DNA of 63,992 nucleotides, the filler included, from a bacterium (GTDB lineage: Bacteria > UBA9089 > CG2-30-40-21 > SBAY01), in the NCBI GenBank assembly GCA_040757115.1. It is 4 parts of 4 records of this genome, joined end to end, with 100 filler letters (N's around TTAATTAATTAA, not from the genome) between each part and the next. Parts side by side here need not be neighbours in the genome. Positions count along the whole stretch, not along the records: positions 1 to 16,304 come from JBFLYA010000078.1; positions 16,405 to 32,575 come from JBFLYA010000079.1; 2 more parts are not named here. One strand, given 5' to 3'. Numbering within the stretch: the stretch's first letter is position 1; each line of letters opens with the position of its first letter. Made by a program: the position numbers and the translations under genes. The notes under the pieces were generated by a model that was not told where the DNA came from, did no database searches, and saw nothing but the letters and a program-made list of their open reading frames with translations. Shown here in pieces: positions 10,160 through 19,497 of the stretch.

Positions 10160-10919
10160 GAATGTAGGTCAGGCTCCGAAGGAGTTGAGTTTGGATAGAG
10201 GATATGATGAGATTGAAGTAAGAGAACATGTAGAGAAAGATGAGACAAAAGCCTATATTAGTCTTGCCAAAAGGGAAAACAAATATGGTGTTTATTCCAC
10301 AGAGATGTTTGAGTTCAATAAAGAAGGTGATCTTCTTTGTCCAGCAGGAAAGCAAATGAAGAGGTTGGGTAAGAAACCTCGTAAAGATAGGAAGATAAGG
10401 TTTGAAGGGATAGCTTGTGGTGAATGTGAATTGAGAGGATTTTGTACTACTGTAAGTTACCGAACAGTAGAGATTATTGAAGATGAGCATAAGAGGAGAC
10501 AACAAGCAAGGGAATTAAATCAAACACCTGAACATAAGAAAGCGATAAAGATGCAATTAAGGATTGAAGCAGGTATTGGTCATCTAAAAGATTATCATCT
10601 GTTGCGGAGAGCATTTTATCGAAATAAAGAGATGATAAGGATTCAACAGTTGATGTCAGTAAGTTCAGCAAATATTGAAAAACTTGTTCGGGCAAAGGGT
10701 CATATGGAATTATAAGGTTTATTATTTCTGGTAAAGGCTATCGTTTTTCTCAATATAGGAGTGTTTTAAATGCTATAATTTTACCTCAGAGAGGAGAAAG
10801 ATTTAAGATTTTAAAGATAGCATTCATAAAACCCGGTTTTTAAGTTGTCGGACTTCTTATGTTAAAAATTAAAGTCAAAACCGATAAGAAAAAAAGGTAG
10901 ATTTTATGTCAACAGCCTG
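10160..10919 (+). mobile_element. Partial IS1182-family element (transposase C-terminal fragment 10185-10715 plus right end)
   Basis: LDRGY...CPAGK...CGECELRGFCT...RIEAGIGHLKDYHLLRRAFYR; putative right end TTTTATGTCAACAGCCTG. Confidence 0.75.
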
Positions 10920-10936
10920 TCGAATTGAGAAAATAG

Positions 10937-10965
10937 TTGACGAAGTCAAAGGTGTATGATATTAT
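10937..10965 (+). promoter_or_regulatory. Promoter of the RAYT remnant, with -35 inside the REP-like left end
   Basis: TTGACG-17 bp-TATTAT, 9 nt upstream of ATG 10975. Confidence 0.5.
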
Positions 10966-10974
10966 AAAAGTATT

Positions 10975-11156
10975 ATGGCAAGACCATGGAGAGTACAATA
11001 TGAGGATGCAGTTTATCATGTTATGTCAAGGGAAGTTGCTCAAGGGAGGATATTTCTCATTGATGAGGATTGTCATCGATTTTTAGATTGTCTTGAGAAA
11101 ACTTTTTAAAAAAAAAGTAGAAAGTATTCTTAATTTTCTTTTCGAGGTCTGACCCC
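10975..11156 (+). pseudogene. Internally deleted RAYT / IS200-like Y1 (HUH) transposase
   Basis: Not in the ORF track. 10975-11109 reads MARPWRVQYEDAVYHVMSREVAQGRIFLIDEDCHRFLDCLEKTF*, the typical N-terminus of this family, followed by TTTTCGAGGTCTGACCCC. Confidence 0.8.
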
Positions 11157-11282
11157 ATATCCTTCTTATAGTAGTATGTAGCGAAGGTCGATTTATTCTT
11201 GCATGAAGTAAATTAAGTAAAAATTCAGAAGGCAGGAATAGGAAAAGCTACTATAATTTTTAACAAAAGGAGGTGATAAAAG

Positions 11283-11774
11283 ATGAAAAAGGCGATATTA
11301 ACAACACTGTTAGCAATAAGCTTTATGCTCACTATGACTGCAACTGCGATAAGTCATCGGGTGATCACTGTGTGGTTATGTGATTCTGATAATTATGTGT
11401 ACGAATTAGGAGTAGAGATGCCAAGTCCGGGTGCAACCCTCCCTCATTTCGATCTCGCTGGTTATCGCTTTATAGGAACACCAACAGTAAATGCTGAACC
11501 GTACCCTGTTGATGGCGCTGCATTGCTAGACTACTGGAACTTTCTTCAAATAGGGTTGGAATGCCAATGTTTGTGGCTTCTAAACAACGAGCAGTTCATA
11601 TTTACTGTCTACAATGTACGGGCAGTTCTCAGCTACGATTACGAGGACAACCAATGGAAAGGGACACTACATTGGCGCAATCCGGACAAGAATAGGCAGG
11701 GAATAGCAACAAAGGCATGGTTACAATTTACACCACCACCACCACCAGGACCGCCTCTCACTCCTCGTGAGTGA
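11283..11774 (+). CDS. Secreted hypothetical protein with a Pro-rich tail
   Basis: RBS AGGAGGT, signal peptide MKKAILTTLLAISFML, tail PPPPPGPP; flanked on both sides by REP-like arms. Confidence 0.75.
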   Translation: MKKAILTTLLAISFMLTMTATAISHRVITVWLCDSDNYVYELGVEMPSPGATLPHFDLAGYRFIGTPTVNAEPYPVDGAALLDYWNFLQIGLECQCLWLLNNEQFIFTVYNVRAVLSYDYEDNQWKGTLHWRNPDKNRQGIATKAWLQFTPPPPPGPPLTPRE

Positions 11775-11793
11775 TTAAAGGAGGGGAGCAGAG

Positions 11794-11898
11794 GGGGTCA
11801 GACCTCGAATTGAGAAAATAGTTGACGGAAAGGAATTAGGGTCAGACCTTGAATGTAGAAAGTAGTTCCTTTTACATTCAACATTCACGGTCTGACCC
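11794..11898. repeat. REP-like type B left arm plus REPIN-like hairpin type A
   Basis: GGGGTCAGACCTCGAATTGAGAAAATAGTTGACG (same as upstream of the RAYT remnant), followed by a copy of 3058-3116. Confidence 0.85.
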
Positions 11899-12128
11899 CA
11901 AAATAGTCCTCAGAAGAATAGCACGCTGATAATGCGGATATTCGCGGATATAAGATAGAAGACAGAAAAAAGAGAAAAAAATCAGCGAAAATCCGTTAAA
12001 TCCGCGTCATCCGTGTTCTATTCTTACGGCTATTTTCATGAGAATCAACTTCTTTTCGGACATCTCACTTTCTACTTAAAAAAACTGTGAGGTAAAAAAA
12101 GAACTGTAAATTTTGGAGGTGTAAAAAA

Positions 12129-13028
12129 ATGAAGAGATATGTAATATTATTAGTAATGGGATTAGTAATATCCTTTACTTATGTTCAGGCTAAGACAAAT
12201 GAAAAAGCTGGGATGTGCGCTGCTCAGTTTTTGAAAATAGGTGCTGGGGCAAGACCGTCTGGTATGGGTGAGGCATTTTGTGCTGTATCCAATGATATTA
12301 ATGCTGTTTACTGGAATCCAGCCGGCCTATACCAGATTAATCAAAAACAAGCAACCTTTATGCACAATGAATGGCTGTATGATATTAAATATGAATTTTT
12401 AGCCTATTGTCAGCCGACAGACAGAGGGGTGAGTGCAGTTAGTCTGATTTATCTACGAATGGGTGATTTAGAAGGAAAAGATATGAATGATAACCCAATT
12501 GGGGATTTTTCTGCTTACGATTGTGCCTTGAATATCGCCTATTCATTAGCGGCAAATAAAAATACTTATTTGGGAATTACGGGAAAACTTATCCAGCAAA
12601 AGATAGAAAATGAAAAGGCAAAGGCTCTTGCTATAGATATTGGTATTTTGCATTTAGAATCAGCAAAAGAGGGATTTAAAACCGCGGCTGTGGTGCAAAA
12701 CTTAGGCTCAAAATTAAAATTCGTTCAACAGCCTGAAAATTTACCACTTACTTATAAAATGGGTATTTCTTATAAAAGAAATAAATTACTCTTAGCCACG
12801 GATATAACTAAACCAGAAGATAATAACACCAGAATAAATATTGGTGTAGAATATCTTTTTAATCCTACTTTAACCCTCCGGGCAGGCTACAATTCACAAA
12901 ACGACCTGGATTCAGGTTGGACGGTTGGAGCCGGAGTTAACTTAAAATCCTCACAATTTGACTATGCCTTTGTGCCTTACGGTGAATTAGATGATACACA
13001 TAGATTTTCAGTGATTATAAAGTTTTAA
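12129..13028 (+). CDS. PorV/PorQ-family outer-membrane beta-barrel protein
   Basis: AQFLKIGAGARPSGMGEAF...AVYWNPAGL...FDYAFVPYGELDDTHRFSVIIKF; signal peptide. Confidence 0.85.
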   Translation: MKRYVILLVMGLVISFTYVQAKTNEKAGMCAAQFLKIGAGARPSGMGEAFCAVSNDINAVYWNPAGLYQINQKQATFMHNEWLYDIKYEFLAYCQPTDRGVSAVSLIYLRMGDLEGKDMNDNPIGDFSAYDCALNIAYSLAANKNTYLGITGKLIQQKIENEKAKALAIDIGILHLESAKEGFKTAAVVQNLGSKLKFVQQPENLPLTYKMGISYKRNKLLLATDITKPEDNNTRINIGVEYLFNPTLTLRAGYNSQNDLDSGWTVGAGVNLKSSQFDYAFVPYGELDDTHRFSVIIKF

Positions 13029-13045
13029 TATATTGGTATCATAAG

Positions 13046-14404
13046 ATGATTAATCAATCAACTACTAAATTTTATTGTCAGGAATGTGGCTATGAATCAT
13101 TGAAATGGCTTGGGAAATGTCCTGGATGTGAAAAATGGAATACATTCGTAGAAGAAATTAAACTTCCTGCCTCAAAATATCCTTCTTTAGCCCCTTGCGA
13201 ACCAAAATCTATTTCTGACATTGAAATCTCAGAAGAAGAAAGATTATTAACTAAAATTAACGAATTTGACCGAGTTTTAGGTGGTGGAATAGTGCCAGGA
13301 GCATTAATTTTAATTGGTGGTGACCCGGGAATTGGAAAATCAACATTACTCCTTCAATCGGCAAATGCGTTGAGTATCGAATATGGGTTGTTATTATATG
13401 TTTCTGGTGAAGAATCATTACAACAAATTAAATTAAGGGCAAATAGAATAAATGCTGATTCTAAAAATCTACATATTCTTACAGAATGTAACCTTGAATA
13501 CATCATCAACAAAATAGAAGAGATAAAACCCAAGATAGTGATTATTGATTCTATTCAGACAATTTATAAATCAGAATTAGGTTCTTCTCCTGGCAATATT
13601 GGTCAGGTGCGCGAATGCACCACCTCATTAATGTATTTAGCCAAACAAAAACAAATTGCTATCTTTATCATTGGTCATGTAACCAAAGAAGGGGCAATTG
13701 CTGGACCCAGGGTATTAGAACATATAGTTGATACCGTGCTTTATTTTGAAGGGGCACAGTATAATACTTATCGAATTTTAAGGGCAGTAAAAAATCGTTT
13801 CGGGTCAACAAATGAGATTGGTGTATTTGAAATGCAAGAAAAAGGACTGGTTGAGGTAAATAGCCCCTCATCAGCATTTTTGTCTCAAAGACCAATAGGC
13901 GTTTCTGGTTCTGTAGTTACAGCCAGCATAGAAGGAACAAGACCTATTCTGGTTGAATTGCAATCTCTGGTCAGCCCGACTAACTTTGGTCTGGCAAAAA
14001 GGGAAACTCTGGGCGTAGATTACAATCGCACCGCACTCCTGTTAGCGGTTTTAGAAAAACGCATGGGATTACATCTTGGAATATACGATGTTTTTGTCAA
14101 TGTAACAGGTGGAATGAAAATTGTAGAACCCGGCGCAGATTTAGGCATTGCCTGTGCTGTGGTCTCAAGCCTTAAAGATAAACCCATTGATTCCAAAATC
14201 GCCATTGTTGGCGAGGTAGGCTTAGCCGGTGAGGTTAGAGGAATAAGTTATATTGAAAAAAGGATAGAAGAGGTAAGTAAACTGGGATTTGAACGCTTTA
14301 TTTTACCAGAATATAACTTAGCGGGACTAAAATCTTATTCAATTGACTTAATAGGGGTCAAAAATCTGAAAGAGGCTTTAGAAAATGTCAAACTGAATCA
14401 ATAA
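13046..14404 (+). CDS. radA: DNA repair protein RadA/Sms
   Basis: CQECG...CPGC Zn finger, GDPGIGKST, KNRFG motif. Confidence 0.97.
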   Translation: MINQSTTKFYCQECGYESLKWLGKCPGCEKWNTFVEEIKLPASKYPSLAPCEPKSISDIEISEEERLLTKINEFDRVLGGGIVPGALILIGGDPGIGKSTLLLQSANALSIEYGLLLYVSGEESLQQIKLRANRINADSKNLHILTECNLEYIINKIEEIKPKIVIIDSIQTIYKSELGSSPGNIGQVRECTTSLMYLAKQKQIAIFIIGHVTKEGAIAGPRVLEHIVDTVLYFEGAQYNTYRILRAVKNRFGSTNEIGVFEMQEKGLVEVNSPSSAFLSQRPIGVSGSVVTASIEGTRPILVELQSLVSPTNFGLAKRETLGVDYNRTALLLAVLEKRMGLHLGIYDVFVNVTGGMKIVEPGADLGIACAVVSSLKDKPIDSKIAIVGEVGLAGEVRGISYIEKRIEEVSKLGFERFILPEYNLAGLKSYSIDLIGVKNLKEALENVKLNQ

Positions 14405-14517
14405 GCAGTGAACAGAAGCCTACTAACCACTATTCACTGCTCAGTGTTTACCCTCTTTTCTATCTCTATCATTAATAAGCAGTTATGAAATAAGTAAAAA
14501 AAGTTTATTTTTTTCTT

Positions 14518-14546
14518 TTGACTTTTGAGATTAATTATGCTATAAT
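14518..14546 (+). promoter_or_regulatory. Sigma70 promoter of carD
   Basis: TTGACT-17 bp-TATAAT. The ORF-track TTG start is this -35 box. Confidence 0.7.
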
Positions 14547-14565
14547 AATTGCAAGGAAGCAAAAA

Positions 14566-15048
14566 ATGATGTTTAATGTAGGTGATAGAATAGTATATCC
14601 TCTACATGGAGCAGGAATCGTAGAGTCAATTGAGCACCATGAGGTACTGGGAAAAAATCAAAGTTATTATGTTCTAAGATTATTAATGGATAAAATAAGA
14701 ATAATGGTGCCAACTTCATCAGTAGAAAAGGTGAAATTAAGAGGAGTTATCTCTGGAGGTGAGGTATCAAAAGTAATAGAAATTTTAAGAAAAAAAGATG
14801 ATGAAATAAATTATATTTCTGATTGGAAGACAAGGTATGCAAATAATTTAGAAAAGATGAAAAGTGGTTGCATTTATAAAATAGCTGAAGTAGTAAAAAA
14901 TCTTTCTTCACGCCATAAAAAACATGGATTATCATCTATAGAAAAAAGGCTTTTTGATAATGCTTTATCAATGATTGTTAGTGAAGTATCTTTTGCTAAG
15001 GATATTGATATTAAAGAATCAATTGCTATGATTGAGGAAATATTATAA
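14566..15048 (+). CDS. carD: CarD-family transcriptional regulator
   Basis: FNVGDRIVYPLHGAGIV...WKTRYANNLEKMKSG; conserved radA-carD-PIN/TRAM gene order. Confidence 0.92.
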   Translation: MMFNVGDRIVYPLHGAGIVESIEHHEVLGKNQSYYVLRLLMDKIRIMVPTSSVEKVKLRGVISGGEVSKVIEILRKKDDEINYISDWKTRYANNLEKMKSGCIYKIAEVVKNLSSRHKKHGLSSIEKRLFDNALSMIVSEVSFAKDIDIKESIAMIEEIL

Positions 15049-15104
15049 ATAATAATAAAATTTTGTAATTATCTTACAAAAATCTTTTTAAACAGAATTT
15101 TTAG

Positions 15105-15144
15105 AGGCGTAGGGGAAAAAATTATTTCTTCTACGCCTTTTTTT
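15105..15144 (+). terminator. Intrinsic terminator after carD
   Basis: AGGCGTAGGGGA...TCTTCTACGCCT stem followed by a T-run. Confidence 0.65.
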
Positions 15145-15185
15145 CATCAAGGTTTCACGAAATCTAAAGGAGGTAAAAAAATATA

Positions 15186-16181
15186 ATGAGAAGGATTTTG
15201 TTTGTTCTTCTTTCCGTAGTAGTCGGATTCCTTATTGGTTATTTGAATAATCAATATTTAATGGGATTCTTAGTCGGATTAGGCTTCGGACTTACTATTA
15301 TTGGAATAGAGGTATGTTTAGTTCGAGTTCAAGGAGTAAAGGTTGTTTTTGCTGGATTAGGGTTAATGTTGGGATTAATCATTGCCAATTTATTAGCCTT
15401 ATCCTGTGTATATCTCCCTGAAATTCAAAGATTCTCGATGTATCTGCATTTGGCTCTATGTTTAATTTTTGGATATCTGGGAATGATAATTGCGGTAAAG
15501 AAAAAAGAGGATATATTAAAGACATTTACCTTTACCAGGATTCAATCTGAAGCAAAAGAAAAAGAAAAAGTCTCTAATGCGGAACTAAAAATATTAGATA
15601 CGAGTGTCATTATTGACGGAAGAATTGCTGATATATGCGAAACGGGTTTCATAGAAGGAATTTTAGTTATACCCCGCTTTGTTCTAAAGGAGTTACAAAA
15701 GATTGCCGATTCTTCTGATTCACTAAAAAGAAATCGCGGCAGAAGAGGATTGGATGTGCTCAATAAGATACAAAAAATGGTTAATATTCCAGTTAAGATA
15801 GACGAAACTGATTTCAATGACATTAGAGAAGTAGATAGTAAATTAGTGCGATTAGGAAAGTTATGCGGTGGAAAGGTATTTACTAATGACTTTAATCTAA
15901 ATAAAGTTGCTGAATTAGAAGGGGTTCGAGTATTAAATATAAATGAATTAGCCGAATCATTGAAACCTGTAGTTCTTCCTGGCGAAGAGATGAATGTTCA
16001 TGTTATTAAAGAGGGTAAAGAATTTAGTCAAGGCGTGGGTTATTTAGATGATGGAACAATGGTTGTTGTCGATAATGGCCAGGATTTCATAGGACAAAAG
16101 GTAAAAGTAATCGTCAGCTCTGTCTTACAAACGACTGCGGGCAGAATGATATTTGCTAAATTAGAAGAGGGGCGTATGTAA
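15186..16181 (+). CDS. Membrane PIN/TRAM-domain protein (YacL-like)
   Basis: [45 protein letters not shown]. Confidence 0.93.
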   Translation: MRRILFVLLSVVVGFLIGYLNNQYLMGFLVGLGFGLTIIGIEVCLVRVQGVKVVFAGLGLMLGLIIANLLALSCVYLPEIQRFSMYLHLALCLIFGYLGMIIAVKKKEDILKTFTFTRIQSEAKEKEKVSNAELKILDTSVIIDGRIADICETGFIEGILVIPRFVLKELQKIADSSDSLKRNRGRRGLDVLNKIQKMVNIPVKIDETDFNDIREVDSKLVRLGKLCGGKVFTNDFNLNKVAELEGVRVLNINELAESLKPVVLPGEEMNVHVIKEGKEFSQGVGYLDDGTMVVVDNGQDFIGQKVKVIVSSVLQTTAGRMIFAKLEEGRM

Positions 16182-16304
16182 AAAATAGTTGACAGGGTGA
16201 CCGAGAATTACAGAGAAGCAAAATTCGTAACCGTTCAGGTCTTGAATTACTAATATTGATTGAGATTTCGGAACACTTACAAAATATTGAATGTAGAATG
16301 TAGA

Positions 16305-16404
16305 NNNNNNNNNNNNNNNNNNNNNNNNNNNNNNNNNNNNNNNNNNNNTTAATTAATTAANNNNNNNNNNNNNNNNNNNNNNNNNNNNNNNNNNNNNNNN
16401 NNNN
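16305..16404. other. Artificial contig linker
   Basis: N-run containing TTAATTAATTAA. Confidence 0.95.
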
Positions 16405-16474
16405 AATTGGCATTCAAATGCAGGTATTACAAAAACTAAAGTGGATGCACTTTATTAAAGGAGGTGTGAATCTT

Positions 16475-17317
16475 ATGTGGATATTAAAATTAAAAGGAAG
16501 GAGGTTCATTTTAGCTTTACTTACTGTGTCCATTATTATGTTAAGTGGCATGGGAAGGTATATAGATGTAGATGGGCTGCGTTTTAAACCCAGTTGGAAA
16601 CCAGATGATTGGTGGATAGTTAAAAGTTTCTTAGCTTACCAAATGCCAGAACGGGGAGATGTAAGACCATCTCCAATTCCAGAAGAAAAGAGATTCCGAG
16701 TTCACCGTTTTGATGTAATTGGATTGGAAAAAGTTGATAAGGAAAAATGTTATGTAGTAAAACTTCAATTTGTTCGTTCAAATGTGCGAGAGGCATTCCC
16801 AGAAGAACCATTTACCTTGTTATATTATAGAGAAAAGGATTTGACTTTAAGAAAGATAGTGCCATACACAAAAGAAGGAAAGCGAGTCATCAAAATTAAT
16901 ATATTTGGTAAGCCTTGTGAAGTTGCTGAAGAATATGATATTTCTGCTCCAGTTCTTCGTGATTATGTAGATGGCGGTGGTATACCACTTTCCTTCCCAC
17001 GATTTGATCTTCCTGGAACATATACAGCCCCAAGAGATATTATTAAGCCAGATAGACCAGGAGTTACTTTTTCTGATGAGAGATTATCTGACCAAAATAT
17101 GGAGATAATTTGGGAGGAAAAAGATAATAAAAAGAATGAGATTCTTAAAATAACCTTGAGTAGAGATAATGTTCTAGCAAAACGACAGTTCGAAGTAGTT
17201 CAACACTGGGTTCAAGGAAAACCTTGGTGGATTTATGCTAAAGAGATATGGGATGATGGAGTACGGTGTGAATCTATCCTTTTGGAATATGGAGATTATA
17301 AGGATAAAATAAAATAG
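16475..17317 (+). CDS. Exported hypothetical protein
   Basis: RBS GGAGGTG before ATG 16475; N-terminal hydrophobic segment. Confidence 0.7.
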   Translation: MWILKLKGRRFILALLTVSIIMLSGMGRYIDVDGLRFKPSWKPDDWWIVKSFLAYQMPERGDVRPSPIPEEKRFRVHRFDVIGLEKVDKEKCYVVKLQFVRSNVREAFPEEPFTLLYYREKDLTLRKIVPYTKEGKRVIKINIFGKPCEVAEEYDISAPVLRDYVDGGGIPLSFPRFDLPGTYTAPRDIIKPDRPGVTFSDERLSDQNMEIIWEEKDNKKNEILKITLSRDNVLAKRQFEVVQHWVQGKPWWIYAKEIWDDGVRCESILLEYGDYKDKIK

Positions 17318-17348
17318 AAATATAAAAGGACTTTTTTAGGAGATTTAG

Positions 17349-18530
17349 ATGTTTATCTTTCAGAAAAATATAATGAAAGAGTTAATAATTTTTTCCTATA
17401 TCTTTGTATTAGTGGAAGGTTGTTCTGGAGAGAAAGGCATCAAAACACTGGAAGATAATAATATTTTATCAGTGTTATTGAAACCTAAAGACCAAGACAA
17501 GTTTAAGTTTGGAGAAATATCAGAGGCAGTATTTATTTTGAAAAACCATTCCAATAAAGCAATAGTTGTATTAAATATCAAACCTATTACAAATCATGGT
17601 GAAGATTCCATCGTTCTTTCGAGTAGTGCATACGGAAGCATTAGTAAATTAGACAATGAGGACGCTTACTGTTATAATGGAATGATACAATGTGCTACTT
17701 CGATGCTCTTTCACGCTTGTTTGTTGCTGCCCAATCAAGAGGTATTAGTTTTATGTAACTATCGTCCGATTTCTAAAACTGAATGTTTTACGGTTGAATA
17801 TGTTTCTGCAAAAGATAAATATGATGGGACACTCAAGTCCCTGAGTCCACTTAACATTTATCTGATAGATAAGAATAAGAAAAATGGTTGGAGTAGTAGT
17901 ATATATCGTCCTTTTGTGGAAAAGAATTGGCTTAATATATGTAAAGAGACACCTCAAACTGGTCAAGTTGGTCCTGATATTTCAGAGAGGGCGGTTATAA
18001 TTCCTGGATTACCTGCAAGACCTACAGTACTAACAACTAAGGTATCGATAGAGTTAGAAAATGGAACATTTTCTGTGGAATCTGCTCAAAAAGTTGCTAC
18101 TAAAATTTTAGGTTCACAACTAAGTAATATTCAGCTTGGTTATAGTAGTGCACTTGGCGGATATATTGTTTTAGAAAGGAATTTTTCCTGGCTTCTTAGA
18201 AATGATTATCAGGAAAACCGTGGTAGACTACTCTCTCATTTTCCCCTAACAATGTTGAAAGATATAGATTCATTTGGAACTGTTACAATTTGTATTGGCA
18301 ATAAGCAGGAAGGATTTGGTCCGGAAAGACATGATGCTGGTTGGAAATTCTGGAATATTTACACTGTTGGTTATGGTGATGGGATGTATACACGAGGAGA
18401 ATTCATTCAGATTAACAAAACGAGTTTGGTAGATTTTTTAGAACAAGTTAAGGAAAAAGATGGAAAGATTACAGAGTATAAATACTTCTTTCGCTCAAGA
18501 TATTTTGTTCTTGAATTACCTAAAATGTAA
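17349..18530 (+). CDS. Hypothetical protein, probable lipoprotein
   Basis: Long ORF with lipobox-like VLVEGC. Confidence 0.65.
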   Translation: MFIFQKNIMKELIIFSYIFVLVEGCSGEKGIKTLEDNNILSVLLKPKDQDKFKFGEISEAVFILKNHSNKAIVVLNIKPITNHGEDSIVLSSSAYGSISKLDNEDAYCYNGMIQCATSMLFHACLLLPNQEVLVLCNYRPISKTECFTVEYVSAKDKYDGTLKSLSPLNIYLIDKNKKNGWSSSIYRPFVEKNWLNICKETPQTGQVGPDISERAVIIPGLPARPTVLTTKVSIELENGTFSVESAQKVATKILGSQLSNIQLGYSSALGGYIVLERNFSWLLRNDYQENRGRLLSHFPLTMLKDIDSFGTVTICIGNKQEGFGPERHDAGWKFWNIYTVGYGDGMYTRGEFIQINKTSLVDFLEQVKEKDGKITEYKYFFRSRYFVLELPKM

Positions 18531-18567
18531 CAAAAACAAAAATTTGCAAAAAGGAGGCCTTTTCACT

Positions 18568-19483
18568 ATGAAGAACCAATATTTAAGTTTTTTGGTATTA
18601 GTGATAGTAAGCATTTCAGGTATCGTATTTGCAGAAGAGGTAGTAAAGAAAGAAACTATACCAGTATTAAAGATTGATAAAAAAATTAATACTATTGAGC
18701 AACCTGTAAATCCAGTAGCACCGCAAGAGTCAATAAAAATTAAGCAACCTTTACCTATACCTAAAATTGAGACAATAAAGGATTTTAATTTTAAGGTAAC
18801 AGGATATGGTGATACTGAGATAATCTTCTTCTCACCTCATATAATTCCACTTAAGACTTCACCTGAAGAGATGTATCGAATAGGAGATTATCTCCAGGCT
18901 AAAGGTGTTTATCGAAGGGATTACCAAACAGAAGTTAATTATATTGATGTGATTAAGATTAATCCAGAAAACCTATCCGAGATTAGCTATTTAAAGATAT
19001 TCATTAAGGGTAATTTATCTTTATCTTATTATAGTTATGTAGAAGTAGAAGGTGAGATTAGTAATATTCTGTCACCTGATTCGGTTTTAGTAGATAGGTT
19101 AACCCATTGGGAAAAAATAGAGATAGATACAGAGGCTATCTATGATGAATGTGCAAATGAGATTATGCTACAAGCAGATATTATTCCAAGCAGCAACAGA
19201 AAACCCAGAGATAGCTCAATGGCTAAAGAAAGAATATAGTGTATCAAAAATTCCAAAGGAATATATAGAAAAATTACCTGATGCTAAATATAGAGAAATA
19301 GTAGGTTATGATTTTACTAATGAGTTGGTTACATGTACTTTTGAAGGGGATGAATTAATTAAAAATCCAAAATTTGCAGTATCTATGTTTATTAAATGCT
19401 TGTATGATGATAAGTATAAGAAAGTAGCAAAAATGCAGATCTCTTTCCGTAAGATTGCTAAGGGGCAATTAGGTAGTTATTGA
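18568..19483 (+). pseudogene. Exported hypothetical protein, probably one gene split by a frameshift near 19180
   Basis: RBS AGGAGG and signal peptide at 18568; ORFs 18460-19239 and 19142-19483 overlap and no RBS is evident for the second. Confidence 0.5.
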
Positions 19484-19497
19484 AAGGAGAAATTATA

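Noticed and set aside
3058-11898. Dispersed ~60-bp hairpins as a CRISPR array or terminators
   Set aside because: They are kilobases apart, lack spacers and U-tracts, and share termini with the RAYT remnant.
16305-16404. TTAATTAATTAA inside N-runs (also 32576-32675 and 48823-48922) as a biological motif
   Set aside because: This is an all-frame-stop linker used to concatenate contigs; gene adjacency across it has no meaning.
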